31,882 nt of DNA from a virus (IMGVR_UViG_3300032282_001443:1-31882), one strand, 5' to 3'; positions 1 through 9,453 are shown, numbered from the stretch's first letter. A program made the numbers and translations. The notes: a model not told the origin generated them from the sequence alone.

Positions 1-1361
1 ACCGCGTAATGTTCCCCACCCTGGACCGCACCAAGTCTATGAGCAAGACAGAGCGGGCTGCGTACGATCGGTTTGTGGCTGACGGGCTTATCGACATCAC
101 AGCGGTGTACGACCAATCAGGTCTGGCCGCGTCCCCTACGGAAAGCTACACCGGGCTGCGTCATCGCGGCATGGAAATGCTGACCTCGTTGTTTCACAAC
201 GCCGAGCGGTTTAACCGCGAAGTGATGGCCATGTCTGCCTTCCGCTTGGCCATGGAAAAGCGCAAAGACTATGCGGATAAGGACTTGGCGTTTGCAGAGT
301 CTATTGCTGAAGCAAAGGACACGACTACCCGGTCTATGTTTGATTACTCTTCACCGAACAAGCCGCGCTACTTCCAGCATCCGGTTGCTCGTGTGGTGTT
401 GCAGTTCAAGCAGTTCCCGCAGCAGATGACTTTCTTCTTGGCCCACAACATGGTCAACATGCTCAAGGGCGCTACGCCCGCTGACCGGCGTGAAGCTCGT
501 GCCCGGTTCGTGGGAACCATGGGCATGGCGGGCATCTTCTCAGGGGTAACTGGTCTCTGGGGGTTCCCTCAGGTAGCGTCAATCATTGAAGCCGTAATCA
601 ATGGGCTTGCTGATGATGACGAGCCGCCTTTTGATTTTGAGTTAGAGTTTGCCAACTGGGCCGTGGAAACCTTTGGCAAAAACGTGGGCACGATGCTGAC
701 TCGCGGTATTGGCAACGCCGCTGGCGTGGACTTGTCCAGTCGTCTAAAGATAAACGACATGTGGTTCCCTGACCTCCGTAAAAATTTAGACGAGACTGAA
801 GCATTGCAAGCCCGGCTTATTCAGTTGCTTGGCCCCACTGTGGGGCTGGCAATCAATGCAGCCGAAGCCGTAAAGCTGTACAACGAAGGTCATGCTGACC
901 GGGCTATAGAGACTCTCGCACCCGCGTTCATCAAACATCCGATGGTCGCTGCCCGCTATGCCAACGAAGGTGTGAATACCCTGCGTGGTGACCCGCTGAT
1001 GGAGGAAGTCAGCCCGTTCTACTTGTTCATGCAATCAATAGGGTTGCGGTCGGCAGAGTTGGCCGAGATTCAGTTCTACAACATTACGATCAAGGGTCAG
1101 GAGCAGGCAATCCTCAAGGAGCGCCAGAACCTGCTGAACCTGTACGCGCTGGCTTTCATGGCCAACGACGCAGATACCCTAGACAAAGCCTACGACAAGA
1201 TTGACAAGTTCAACGACAAGAACCCCGCTGTGTTTATCCCTGCGGACTCCATGTCCAAGTCAATCACAGAGCGGCTCAAGAAGTCCAGCCAGACAGATCA
1301 TGGGCTGTACATCGACCCGAAGCTGGAAGGTGTGTTGCGTAAGCATACGTACTTGGATTAA
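1..1361 (+). CDS. C-terminal part of a large virion internal/DNA-ejection-type protein (5' truncated by window)
   Basis: The frame is open from the window edge to TAA at 1359-1361, giving at least 450 aa. It is helical with a hydrophobic Gly-rich stretch (FVGTMGMAGIFSGVTGLWG) and is the last + strand gene before a convergent terminator, the usual position of giant podovirus internal proteins. Function is inferred from position. Confidence 0.55.
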   Translation, partial: RVMFPTLDRTKSMSKTERAAYDRFVADGLIDITAVYDQSGLAASPTESYTGLRHRGMEMLTSLFHNAERFNREVMAMSAFRLAMEKRKDYADKDLAFAESIAEAKDTTTRSMFDYSSPNKPRYFQHPVARVVLQFKQFPQQMTFFLAHNMVNMLKGATPADRREARARFVGTMGMAGIFSGVTGLWGFPQVASIIEAVINGLADDDEPPFDFELEFANWAVETFGKNVGTMLTRGIGNAAGVDLSSRLKINDMWFPDLRKNLDETEALQARLIQLLGPTVGLAINAAEAVKLYNEGHADRAIETLAPAFIKHPMVAARYANEGVNTLRGDPLMEEVSPFYLFMQSIGLRSAELAEIQFYNITIKGQEQAILKERQNLLNLYALAFMANDADTLDKAYDKIDKFNDKNPAVFIPADSMSKSITERLKKSSQTDHGLYIDPKLEGVLRKHTYLD

Positions 1362-1393
1362 AAAAACCCCGCTAAGTTGCCCTAGCGGGGGTT
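1361..1393 (-). terminator. Rho-independent terminator between convergent arms
   Basis: Stem CCCCGCTA/TAGCGGGG with an A-run on the left, which is a U-tail for the - strand transcript. It sits between two convergent stop codons. Confidence 0.8.
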
Positions 1394-1396
1394 AAA

Positions 1397-1639
1397 TCAC
1401 TTCAAAGGAGAACGAGCAACTGCGTGTTGCTCCGCCAGTTTACGCTTTATGCGCCAAACTCGCAATCCTCTTACGCCATCCTCGACGACAATTTTTACAA
1501 TAACAGTAAATCCAAGGCGTTTCATCTTGCGTTCTATACGCGCTTTGCCCTCCTCGACCGCCAAGCAAGGGACAAAGAACGAGCTACCTACGGTGAATCC
1601 TCTCCAGTTGAGGTGGTAGCTGACACCATCAATCAGCAT
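1397..1639 (-). CDS. Small hypothetical protein (about 80 aa) coupled to the primase-helicase
   Basis: ATG at 1639 overlaps the primase stop. The protein MLIDGVSYHLNWRGFTVGSSFFVPC...GLRVWR ends at the terminator. Confidence 0.7.
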   Translation of the reverse strand: MLIDGVSYHLNWRGFTVGSSFFVPCLAVEEGKARIERKMKRLGFTVIVKIVVEDGVRGLRVWRIKRKLAEQHAVARSPLK

Positions 1640-4472
1640 CGTCGTCAGATACAACAGTCGGGACGGTAGGGGTAACCCCTAACTTGAGTGCATCAAACTC
1701 CAGCACTTCAACCGGGGGCGCGTGCATATCCGTACCAATGTCAATACGGGTGCGAACGTTGTTTATAAACGACTTGTCTTTATTCAGTGCCGCCAGCAGG
1801 TCATTGAACGTGATCTGCCTGTTGACGCAAAACTCCTTCAGCGCGGTCCGCAGGATGAAGATACGCTCGGTGTCTGGCTCGTAGCGCACGATGATCGCGC
1901 CGCGTGGCATGGACAACGGGGTCGCCGCGATGTTGGCCTTAGATGTACTCTTGCGGTTGACGATGAGGATGTTCTGGTTGTGCTTGAGCAAGAATTCGCC
2001 AATGACCGCCGCGTAGTCGTCCATGGTGAGCTTGGACGCAACCTGCATGTTCTTGACTTCTTTGGTTATCCAGTCGTACACGGGCTTGATCGGTATGTCG
2101 TGGAGGCCCAGCTTCTGCGCCACCATTGCGCCAGTAATGTTTGCCGCCACGATCGCTGACCAGAACCGCTCTCGGGTATCAATGTTGGCCCGCTTGTCAA
2201 ACCGGGCCTGTGTGTACAGTGCGGTGTCGATGATCTCCTCCAAGTGCTGCACCAAATGCTGGGCATAAATCTCGCCCGCGTGACCGTAGTTACTCTGCAA
2301 TCTCCCGAATATCCGCTTGGCTTCCTGCTTGTCAAGGTTGTTGGTTGGGTCAATCCGGTACTGCATCAGCCGCATCAACTCGCCTTCTGAGGTGGCCTTC
2401 AGTGACTCCAACTTGTCGGTCATGCTGGAGTTGGATGTGCACACCATAAGTGTTGCCCAGAACCCTTGGGCCTCACGCTCCTCATTGGCAGATGCCTTCA
2501 TACGGCGGCGCGGTGTTCCTTGGGTAACGCTGTACGCCATATCTGAGAAGTCGTCCCCACTCATCTTGGTGATCTCGTCAACCCCCAGAGGGAGGTTGCA
2601 CATCACAGCCATGCGGTGTAGCTTTACGTTCAACGTGTCCCGCCACTGAATCATCAACTCGTCGGGATGACCCCAGACGCTGTTCATAACCTGAAGTATG
2701 GTTGACTTGCCTGTACCCGAGCGGTTGTTTATAAGGTTGATGATGCCGCCCTTGACGCCAAGAAACTTGATCAGCGGCGCACCAAACGCAGTGAAAAGGG
2801 CAAAGGCATGGGGTTCAAACCCTTCCATCCCATACACGTTGAAAATATTTTTCCACTCTTCCAACGACCCCACAGGCCGAAGCGCGGCGGCTATGTGCGC
2901 CGTGGCTTTGGAAGGCGGGCTGTACTTACTGTAGTTGGCCCCGATCTCCCGGTTGCCAAGAATAAATTTCTGGTCGTCATCGGTCCAGCCAAATTGCAGT
3001 CGCATCATCTCTACCTCTTGGGCTACTTGTAGTTCTTTTGCACACGACACAACATACGACAGAATGTGAGTCATCTGCGTCTGGTGTGCCAAAACACCGT
3101 GGAAGGACATGACCTTCCGGAATTCATCTTTGCTCAACGTATCCACTGTGGTCAGCGGAAATTCTTTCGTGCCGTCACGCGGCAGTGTCAGGCGAATAAG
3201 AATAGTTTCGCCGTGGGCTGGGTCATACAAACGCTTGACCACGAACAGGTCGTACTCATACACGCACTCGGTTGAAGCCCCATCGTCATCGCCGTCACCT
3301 TCCTTGACGTGCATATAGATACCGCCGTTTTTGCCCCTGAAGTATCTGAACGGGAGCTTTGGTACAACGAAGGATGTCGACGGGTCAGCCTTCGTGGGCT
3401 TTTTTGGGATTACTGCGCCCTCCTCGGCTTTGGCAATCTCATGACCCAGTGTGACGGGGGACTTCAGTTTCCCCCAATGTATGCACTTCTCACATACACC
3501 GGGCCGGAAATCATTGATCGTTTCGCAGGTATACGGCCCTTTGATGCTCTGGGTCTTACGCTCCGTGGCTTCTGGGGTGTACTGCGGGTGTTGTTTGGAG
3601 ATGATGTGTATGGCCTTCTCGGCATCCACACAATGCTTGGCGATGGACAGCCCCGCCCGCCACAAAGGTTCCTCAACGTCAGCTTGGTTCTCCATGATGT
3701 AGCGCAGTTGTTCGCATCCCGTGCCCGCCATGGTCTTGTCGAAGATTGTGCGGAACCTTGATTGCCTGTTGCCCAGCATTGCCTTGGTGAACTCATCCAA
3801 TTGCTTGGGCATGTACGCTGGCCGCGCCTGAACCATCGGCCCCATCTTGGCAACGAAGTCCTCAAACGTCATCGGCTCAGCAGTGTGCATCAGCACGACA
3901 TCGTGCGCTGGGTCATCTTTGAAATTCTTTGTGCCCGGTATACGCAACACCCGTGCGGCATCTGCGGGGACATCAGGGTCAATGATGATGTTCAACTCTT
4001 TGCAACGAGCCTTGAACGTATGCGCTACGGGCAACCACTTGCTCACTTCCACTGACTCAGTCAGCGGCCAGTAGACATGCCAGCCACGCCCAGAATCTAC
4101 GATAGTGGGCTTGGGCAAACCAAGACCCTTGCATAAATCCTTGATGGCCTGCATGCCTGTGGCTTGGTCGATATAACCCTTGATGCGTCCGTATCTGTCT
4201 GGTACGGCTTTCGTAGGCCCGCAGTCGATGTCGAGAAAGAACGACTGCATCCATCCGCAGTTGTCCGCCTCTCGGGAGTCGTCCGTTTTAAACTTGCCGC
4301 ACCCAAAGAATGCGTTGCGATCATAGGCAACAAGTCTATCTGCCTCTTGCTCTACCTCTTGTAGAGTCCTGTGGAATGTTTGGATCGGGGGTTTCCCATC
4401 CATCAACCCTACAACGCAATACCATCCGTCTTCCTGTGGTACTACGCTCCGTAGCAATTCAATATCCGCCAT
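1629..4472 (-). CDS. Primase-helicase: N-terminal RepB-like/AEP primase, Cys-rich domain, DUF927 and P-loop helicase
   Basis: Primase motifs FFLDID, VDSGRGWHVYW and ARVLRIPGT. Cys cluster PYTC...CEKCIHW. Walker A SGTGKS and Walker B LGVDE. Start is probably ATG 4472; the ORF track extends to TTG 4493. Confidence 0.85.
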   Translation of the reverse strand: MADIELLRSVVPQEDGWYCVVGLMDGKPPIQTFHRTLQEVEQEADRLVAYDRNAFFGCGKFKTDDSREADNCGWMQSFFLDIDCGPTKAVPDRYGRIKGYIDQATGMQAIKDLCKGLGLPKPTIVDSGRGWHVYWPLTESVEVSKWLPVAHTFKARCKELNIIIDPDVPADAARVLRIPGTKNFKDDPAHDVVLMHTAEPMTFEDFVAKMGPMVQARPAYMPKQLDEFTKAMLGNRQSRFRTIFDKTMAGTGCEQLRYIMENQADVEEPLWRAGLSIAKHCVDAEKAIHIISKQHPQYTPEATERKTQSIKGPYTCETINDFRPGVCEKCIHWGKLKSPVTLGHEIAKAEEGAVIPKKPTKADPSTSFVVPKLPFRYFRGKNGGIYMHVKEGDGDDDGASTECVYEYDLFVVKRLYDPAHGETILIRLTLPRDGTKEFPLTTVDTLSKDEFRKVMSFHGVLAHQTQMTHILSYVVSCAKELQVAQEVEMMRLQFGWTDDDQKFILGNREIGANYSKYSPPSKATAHIAAALRPVGSLEEWKNIFNVYGMEGFEPHAFALFTAFGAPLIKFLGVKGGIINLINNRSGTGKSTILQVMNSVWGHPDELMIQWRDTLNVKLHRMAVMCNLPLGVDEITKMSGDDFSDMAYSVTQGTPRRRMKASANEEREAQGFWATLMVCTSNSSMTDKLESLKATSEGELMRLMQYRIDPTNNLDKQEAKRIFGRLQSNYGHAGEIYAQHLVQHLEEIIDTALYTQARFDKRANIDTRERFWSAIVAANITGAMVAQKLGLHDIPIKPVYDWITKEVKNMQVASKLTMDDYAAVIGEFLLKHNQNILIVNRKSTSKANIAATPLSMPRGAIIVRYEPDTERIFILRTALKEFCVNRQITFNDLLAALNKDKSFINNVRTRIDIGTDMHAPPVEVLEFDALKLGVTPTVPTVVSDDDAD

Positions 4473-4501
4473 TGTGAATCCATTCGCCGTCAAAATAGAA
4501 A

Positions 4502-4556
4502 GGGGGCAACAGGGGTCGACGGGAACCCTATTCGCTCCGTCGAGCTAGTTGCCCCC
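4502..4556 (-). other. Long intergenic hairpin upstream of the primase-helicase (attenuator or structured leader candidate)
   Basis: Outer stem GGGGGCAAC (4502-4510)/GTTGCCCCC (4548-4556) and inner stem TCGACGG (4516-4522)/CCGTCGA (4537-4543). On the - strand it is followed by TTCTATTTT. Confidence 0.65.
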
Positions 4557-4561
4557 GAAAC

Positions 4562-4789
4562 TTATAGAACGCGATCTAAAAAGTCGCGAATGGTTTTTTC
4601 GTGAGTTTTGTTCGGTGGATGTATTCCAACAAACCAGTTGTAAACAGTTTGTTTAGACACATCGAAGAACGCCATCACGTCGGTTACCGGGATGTCTTTG
4701 GCGATGCAGTACCGCCCAAGACGCACCCCGACACACTTACCATCCGCATCTCTATTGAGGCGTACAGTTTGCAGTGTGTAACCCTTCAT
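4562..4789 (-). CDS. Small Cro-like HTH DNA-binding protein
   Basis: 75 aa with the HTH pattern VTDVMAFFDVSKQTVYNWF. TAATG coupling to the upstream gene. Confidence 0.75.
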   Translation of the reverse strand: MKGYTLQTVRLNRDADGKCVGVRLGRYCIAKDIPVTDVMAFFDVSKQTVYNWFVGIHPPNKTHEKTIRDFLDRVL

Positions 4790-5655
4790 TACTTGTCATC
4801 TCCCCACTCATCCATCATTGCGGACAGCCCCAATTTCTGCTTGGGGGCTTCGTCCTTGGGCTTCTCCGCCCGCTTCGTAGGTGGCGCAATCTCAGCGGCG
4901 GCGGAGCCGGGAGGTGCAACCAACTTGGGAAGTGCAGGCGCATCAGACTTCTTGGTGAAGTTGAGCTTGCCAGCATTGATGGCAATCATAGTTTCGCCTT
5001 GGGCTACGGCGGTGTCGTAGCTGTCTTTATCAAGGAACTCGGACCGATTGAACACCAGCTTGGGGAAATCGCTGTCGGTGTCAAAGGTCAGCCGGGTAGA
5101 TAGCATGTTCAGGTTATAGCCTGACTGCGCCACATACTTGGCGTATTGCAGGAACGGCATGTGGTCAACATCGCCCTGACCAAACAATGACTTCTGGGGC
5201 AGAATCAACTGGTAGATGTCACCGCCAATGTTCTTGCTCAACACAACAGCCAGACGCATGGAGTAACGGCATGCGGCGCGGCCCGCACCAGCCGAACCTT
5301 TGATGGCTTGGGGGCACTCTTTGCAGTGTGAGTGCTGTGGGTCGTCGGCATCAGCGTCAGGGCGCTCACCATCGCTGGACCAGCAATCAGGCACGGAGGT
5401 CTCATCGGGGTTGTACTCAGCGGCGTAGTAAGACTTCTGCACTGTGCGACTACCGTTGACAATGACAACATCCATGGATGGGTCGGTGTTCTTGGCGATC
5501 TCTTTGCCCCCGTCAACCAAACGGAAGACACGCCCGCGCAGGGTGATGCGCTTCATGCTACCGCCAGAGTTGGCAAAGGATTTGGTGAAGTCGTCCAGCT
5601 TAACGTTTTGTAAGTGGGCGGGCAGGTTCTCATTGAAAGTGGAAACATTGGACAT
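4789..5655 (-). CDS. Putative ssDNA-binding/recombination protein
   Basis: 288 aa with an AAGGAG RBS. Beta-rich core, Cys cluster (PDCWS...CKECPQ...AC), Pro/Ala linker and acidic aromatic tail (MMDEWGDDK) typical of phage SSBs. Located in the replication module. Confidence 0.6.
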   Translation of the reverse strand: MSNVSTFNENLPAHLQNVKLDDFTKSFANSGGSMKRITLRGRVFRLVDGGKEIAKNTDPSMDVVIVNGSRTVQKSYYAAEYNPDETSVPDCWSSDGERPDADADDPQHSHCKECPQAIKGSAGAGRAACRYSMRLAVVLSKNIGGDIYQLILPQKSLFGQGDVDHMPFLQYAKYVAQSGYNLNMLSTRLTFDTDSDFPKLVFNRSEFLDKDSYDTAVAQGETMIAINAGKLNFTKKSDAPALPKLVAPPGSAAAEIAPPTKRAEKPKDEAPKQKLGLSAMMDEWGDDK

Positions 5656-5670
5656 GGTTTTTCTCCTTGA

Positions 5671-6072
5671 TTAAACAGATGACTTACGGCGAACGACCAC
5701 CGTATAACGACTATCGACATTCAGACCAGCGGGGTACTCATCTGGATGTTCCTCTAAAAACGTGCTCATGTTTTGGTCATGCACACGCTTAAACAAAAGG
5801 CCGTAAGCCTTGTGTTTGTCAACCAACTGATAGATGGCTTCCCAGTTGGTCGGGTTGTACCGCTTAGTAACGCGGCGCATTACTACGGCTGAGTCGGTTG
5901 ACATGCTACTGGTCTGTGCCGCATTGAGCACATCCAGAAGTTGAGACTCAATGGCATCCATCTGCGCCGTGAGTTCTCCATCAGTGGCGTTGAATTTCTC
6001 TTTGAGTATCTCTCGCTCGGTACGCAGTTTGATGTACTGCTCCGACAGCTTATCCACGGAAGTGATTTCCAT
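5671..6072 (-). CDS. Conserved phage replication-module protein with N-terminal coiled coil
   Basis: 133 aa with an AGGAG RBS. First gene after the promoter at 6097-6124. Confidence 0.7.
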   Translation of the reverse strand: MEITSVDKLSEQYIKLRTEREILKEKFNATDGELTAQMDAIESQLLDVLNAAQTSSMSTDSAVVMRRVTKRYNPTNWEAIYQLVDKHKAYGLLFKRVHDQNMSTFLEEHPDEYPAGLNVDSRYTVVVRRKSSV

Positions 6073-6096
6073 TTTTTTCTCCTGAAGTGAAAGATT

Positions 6097-6124
6097 AGTA
6101 TAGGGCTTATTTAGACTTTGTCAA
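6097..6124 (-). promoter_or_regulatory. Sigma70-like promoter TTGACA-16-TATACT
   Basis: The - strand reads TTGACA aagtctaaataagccc TATACT. The -35 box contains the TGA stop of the SNF2 gene. Confidence 0.75.
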
Positions 6125-7506
6125 GTCTCTTCAAGCTCTTTTTTGTACAAATCCACAATTTTTTCGTGGTTCGTAATGTTGTTTTGCAACATCATGTACA
6201 GCTTGCGCTCAATAGGACTACCTTCGATGTGCACCACTGTCATTGTGTTGCGTTGACCGGGCCGATCAATGCGAGCATTGGCCTGAAGGTACGTCTCAGT
6301 TGAGGTGACTGGAGCGTACCAAATTATGGTGTCCGCCGCAGTTAGGGTAACCCCGTGCGATGCCGCTTGCGGCTGAATCACGAGAACTTTTGGGTTCGGG
6401 GTTTCTTGAAATCGTTTAAAAATTTCAGTGCGATTACGTACGGTTACATCGCCGTGAATCACATCGCAGGTTATGTTGACCTTCACCAGATGGCGCTGGA
6501 GCAACTCAATCGTGTGACGAAACGGTACGAAGATCAAGACCTTGTGGCTCGACTCGTCAATGACTTCCTCCACCGCTTGTAATCGGTTGGATACATCAAA
6601 GTCTACAACCGCCCCACTGTCTGTGTACACCGCGCCACAGGAAATCTGGAGCAGCTTGTTCATGCGTGACGCGGCATTGACTGTGCTGATCTCCTCGCCC
6701 GCCGCCTCCATGAGCATCTGGTCTTTCAACTCCTTGTAGTACTTACGCTGTTGTGGGGTGAGGGGCGCAAGTCTGCTGGTGTATGTGACTGCTGGCAAGT
6801 CGAGGCATTGGGATTTCTCAAACCGAATGGCTGGCTGTAGCATGTCAAATACGATCTGCTCCGCATTGGGCCGGGGCATCCATCGGTACATGCCAACCTT
6901 GAGCATCACAGACTCGCGATAGTCACCCAAGAATGAAGGCGCACGGTTGGGCACACAAAGCTTCGCCAGCCCGTACGCATCCACTGGGGACTGCGCGGCG
7001 GGAGTGCCAGTCAGCATCCATAACCAAGTGTTCTGGGTGATGATCTTACGCATTAGCTTCCAGCGTTTGGTCTGCACGTTCTTGTATGCGTTGGCCTCGT
7101 CGATCACGACGAGATCAAACATCTTTCCGTCAATAGCCGCCTGTGCAATCGCAGGAAGGCCATCGTAGTTGATGATCACAAACTCAGCCGTGCTGTTGGC
7201 GATCTTATTGCGCTTATCAGCGGAGCCATAGGCAACATCGACAGAGCGGTGGACAGCAAACTTGAACAAGTCGTTCTGCCATGCTGACTGCATGATGGAC
7301 AGCGGGCACACAACCAGTACGCGCTTTATGAGCTTCGTGGTCATCAAGTAATCAGCGGCCCAAATGACAGAGGCGGTTTTGCCTGTGCCCTGTTCGTTGA
7401 AACAGAATGCGCGTCCATTGTTGACCAGAAAATTCGCAGTTGTCTTTTGGTGATCGAATGGCTCGAAGCCCATGGGCCTCGGCCACTTATATTGTTGTGA
7501 GATCAT
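6121..7506 (-). CDS. SNF2-family (SF2) helicase
   Basis: Motifs EQGTGKT, VIDEA, LTGTP, SHGVTLT and QANARIDRPGQ; 461 aa. Confidence 0.9.
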   Translation of the reverse strand: MISQQYKWPRPMGFEPFDHQKTTANFLVNNGRAFCFNEQGTGKTASVIWAADYLMTTKLIKRVLVVCPLSIMQSAWQNDLFKFAVHRSVDVAYGSADKRNKIANSTAEFVIINYDGLPAIAQAAIDGKMFDLVVIDEANAYKNVQTKRWKLMRKIITQNTWLWMLTGTPAAQSPVDAYGLAKLCVPNRAPSFLGDYRESVMLKVGMYRWMPRPNAEQIVFDMLQPAIRFEKSQCLDLPAVTYTSRLAPLTPQQRKYYKELKDQMLMEAAGEEISTVNAASRMNKLLQISCGAVYTDSGAVVDFDVSNRLQAVEEVIDESSHKVLIFVPFRHTIELLQRHLVKVNITCDVIHGDVTVRNRTEIFKRFQETPNPKVLVIQPQAASHGVTLTAADTIIWYAPVTSTETYLQANARIDRPGQRNTMTVVHIEGSPIERKLYMMLQNNITNHEKIVDLYKKELEET

Positions 7507-7778
7507 TTTTTCGGTTTGTTCACTTTTATTGTGTGGTCGCTGTTGCGGCTGAACGACCGATTTGCACTGGGCTTCTTCAGCTTCAAGTTGCTCGGTGCGT
7601 TTGTGCCACCCTTGGACAGCGGGATGGTGTGGTCGATGTCTTTGCCCGTGCGATCAACGCCCTTGGCATCCATCGCCCGCCTAGCTTTTTGCCGCTCCAT
7701 TCGTGTAGGTAGCTCGCCCCGCTCCACTTGTTGCTGGTATTCTTTTTTGTACGGGCGTGGTTTGTTGACGTAAGGCAT
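7503..7778 (-). CDS. Small HNH endonuclease
   Basis: DIDHTIPLSKGGTNAPSNL...ANR HNH signature. ATGA coupling to SNF2. Confidence 0.8.
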   Translation of the reverse strand: MPYVNKPRPYKKEYQQQVERGELPTRMERQKARRAMDAKGVDRTGKDIDHTIPLSKGGTNAPSNLKLKKPSANRSFSRNSDHTIKVNKPKK

Positions 7779-7953
7779 CTTCTTGTTCCTTCATGAGAAT
7801 AAGGGTGTGGTACAAAACTCTGGACTCCGCCACTAACTGAATCGACAGTTCTTGGGCTTGAAGCATTTCATGGTCCAGAAGATGATTGTGCATCCGACGC
7901 AGAAGATTTTCAATCTTCATCATGGGCATTGCGTAGTCAGTTATGTCAGTCAT
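7681..7953 (-). CDS. Hypothetical protein; its 3' end overlaps the HNH gene by 98 nt
   Basis: AAGGAGG RBS and ATGA coupling. Helical N-terminal about 57 aa, then a low-information tail overlapping the HNH frame. Confidence 0.6.
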   Translation of the reverse strand: MTDITDYAMPMMKIENLLRRMHNHLLDHEMLQAQELSIQLVAESRVLYHTLILMKEQEDALRQQTTPVQKRIPATSGAGRATYTNGAAKS

Positions 7954-8114
7954 TTGGCCTCCTTCTGACGCCTCTCTTCGATGCTCTTGGCCAGAAAAGC
8001 CCGTAACCAGCGCGACCCGCCAATTCGCTTGAACTCTTCTTTCATTGAGGCGGTTACCCGCACAGCAACTTGAATCTGTTTAATCGCAGTTATTTCCGAT
8101 TTAGGTCTAGGCAT
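7950..8114 (-). CDS. 54-aa putative ribbon-helix-helix DNA-binding protein (below the ORF-track cutoff)
   Basis: Hand translation MPRPKSEITAIKQIQVAVRVTASMKEEFKRIGGSRWLRAFLAKSIEERRQKEAK. AAGGA RBS; the stop overlaps the next ATG. Confidence 0.7.
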   Translation of the reverse strand: MPRPKSEITAIKQIQVAVRVTASMKEEFKRIGGSRWLRAFLAKSIEERRQKEAK

Positions 8115-8352
8115 TTGATGTTCCTTTTGGAGGTGCGTACTCCCCCTCTGTCGTGTGTTCGGCTAGTCTTTTGTGTAGTCTTGCAATACGCTGTTCGTTG
8201 TATGCCACAACTGATCTGGCGTACTCAACCGCGCTTTCAGCTTCTAATTTACGCATGTGCGCTTCGCGTAATTCTTTTGCAATCATCTCGTGGATAGTCC
8301 TCGGCTTGAGGATTTCCTTGAGGTATTTAATAGTTGCTTCACGCCAAATCAT
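8107..8352 (-). CDS. Hypothetical coiled-coil protein
   Basis: 81 aa, GGAG RBS, ATGA-coupled. Confidence 0.7.
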   Translation of the reverse strand: MIWREATIKYLKEILKPRTIHEMIAKELREAHMRKLEAESAVEYARSVVAYNEQRIARLHKRLAEHTTEGEYAPPKGTSNA

Positions 8353-8501
8353 GATGTCTCCGTTCTACATTTATGTTCATTGGCTTGGGTCTTGTTTTGA
8401 AAGTACAAGTTACATTCAGTACACCGCCACACTTGACCTCCAGTCACCTTGGTGCGGTCACCAGACTCCCTGGTCTGCCATGTGCGGACAAGTTCAATCA
8501 T
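8349..8501 (-). CDS. 50-aa C2HC/C2H2-like zinc finger protein (below the ORF-track cutoff)
   Basis: MIELVRTWQTRESGDRTKVTGGQVWRCTECNLYFQNKTQANEHKCRTETS. ATGA overlaps at both ends and fills the gap exactly. Confidence 0.7.
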   Translation of the reverse strand: MIELVRTWQTRESGDRTKVTGGQVWRCTECNLYFQNKTQANEHKCRTETS

Positions 8502-8722
8502 TTTCTCCCCTGTGACAAGATTGTGCAGATTGCCGTTTCTGCGTGGCTGTTCACGCCGTCCAGCGCACAGGCCGTGACCATAGGGTCAGCACCGTTGCTC
8601 ACGGCCCGCTCCCACTTATCCCGCTTGCCATGGGCGTTGATGGTGACGCACACCATAAGCGCTATAAAGAACGCCAGCACCATGCCCCAAATACAAAGCC
8701 AAAATTTCTGATCACTGCCCAT
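8498..8722 (-). CDS. Small membrane-anchored protein
   Basis: 74 aa with an N-terminal TM helix (FWLCIWGMVLAFFIALMVCVTI). AAGGAG RBS. Confidence 0.7.
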   Translation of the reverse strand: MGSDQKFWLCIWGMVLAFFIALMVCVTINAHGKRDKWERAVSNGADPMVTACALDGVNSHAETAICTILSQGRK

Positions 8723-8888
8723 TGTTCTTCTCCTTAAGTTGTTGCATCGAAGTTTTCAAATGCTCGTTTTGTTGCGTTCTTGCCTCTATCATGTCGGCAA
8801 GCAGTTGATCTATTTCTGCGATTGAATACATACCCGCAGGCACATAAACCCGCATCGTGTCATATGTTTTGTGTGTGTATTCCGTCAT
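8712..8888 (-). CDS. 58-aa hypothetical protein (below the ORF-track cutoff)
   Basis: MTEYTHKTYDTMRVYVPAGMYSIAEIDQLL...LKEKNNGQ. ATGA coupling with an AAGGAG RBS. Confidence 0.65.
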   Translation of the reverse strand: MTEYTHKTYDTMRVYVPAGMYSIAEIDQLLADMIEARTQQNEHLKTSMQQLKEKNNGQ

Positions 8889-9208
8889 GTGTTCTTCTCC
8901 TTGAGTTTGGCTTCAATGGCTCTGGTAAATGGGGCATATGACATGACTGCCCAATTGACTGTTCCGTGAAGGTCAGCAAGAGCATCAATCTCCTCATCCG
9001 TCAGCCCTACCCATGTGCGGGGTGGTGTCCACCCCAGTACAGTTGCAATACGGATTGCCGCAGATTTGTCAATGACAGGCTCTGTGCGCTGTGTCAACGC
9101 TTTCTCTGTCACCATTTCTGCAAAGTGATAGCGGATATACACCTCGCCATCTTTGATTGACTCTCGCATGGCCTGTTGCCATACGATGTCAATTTCTTCG
9201 TGTGTCAT
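8885..9208 (-). CDS. Hypothetical protein with a WVGLTDEEI...AIEAKLKEKNT C-terminal module
   Basis: 107 aa; shares the module with 9450-9746. Confidence 0.75.
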   Translation of the reverse strand: MTHEEIDIVWQQAMRESIKDGEVYIRYHFAEMVTEKALTQRTEPVIDKSAAIRIATVLGWTPPRTWVGLTDEEIDALADLHGTVNWAVMSYAPFTRAIEAKLKEKNT

Positions 9209-9453
9209 CGCTTCATTCCCCTCACAAACGCCGCAAAACTTGCCACTGTGTCACGCCCAAAAGGCATGGTAAATTTTGTTTCCAACTCCACAGCCACTTC
9301 TTCCAAGGTGTCGTTGCGGTGCAGGTGGACAAACTCAACTGGATGTGAGTGGACATCCATGTGTGCAATTTGTTTCTTGCGCCAGCCGCTGGTGTGTTCC
9401 CACTGGCCCTGCTTCAAGGCCAACTGCTCAAATGCTTCGTCTTCTTCGTTCAT
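9205..9453 (-). CDS. Hypothetical protein
   Basis: 82 aa, ATGA-coupled at both ends. Confidence 0.7.
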   Translation of the reverse strand: MNEEDEAFEQLALKQGQWEHTSGWRKKQIAHMDVHSHPVEFVHLHRNDTLEEVAVELETKFTMPFGRDTVASFAAFVRGMKR

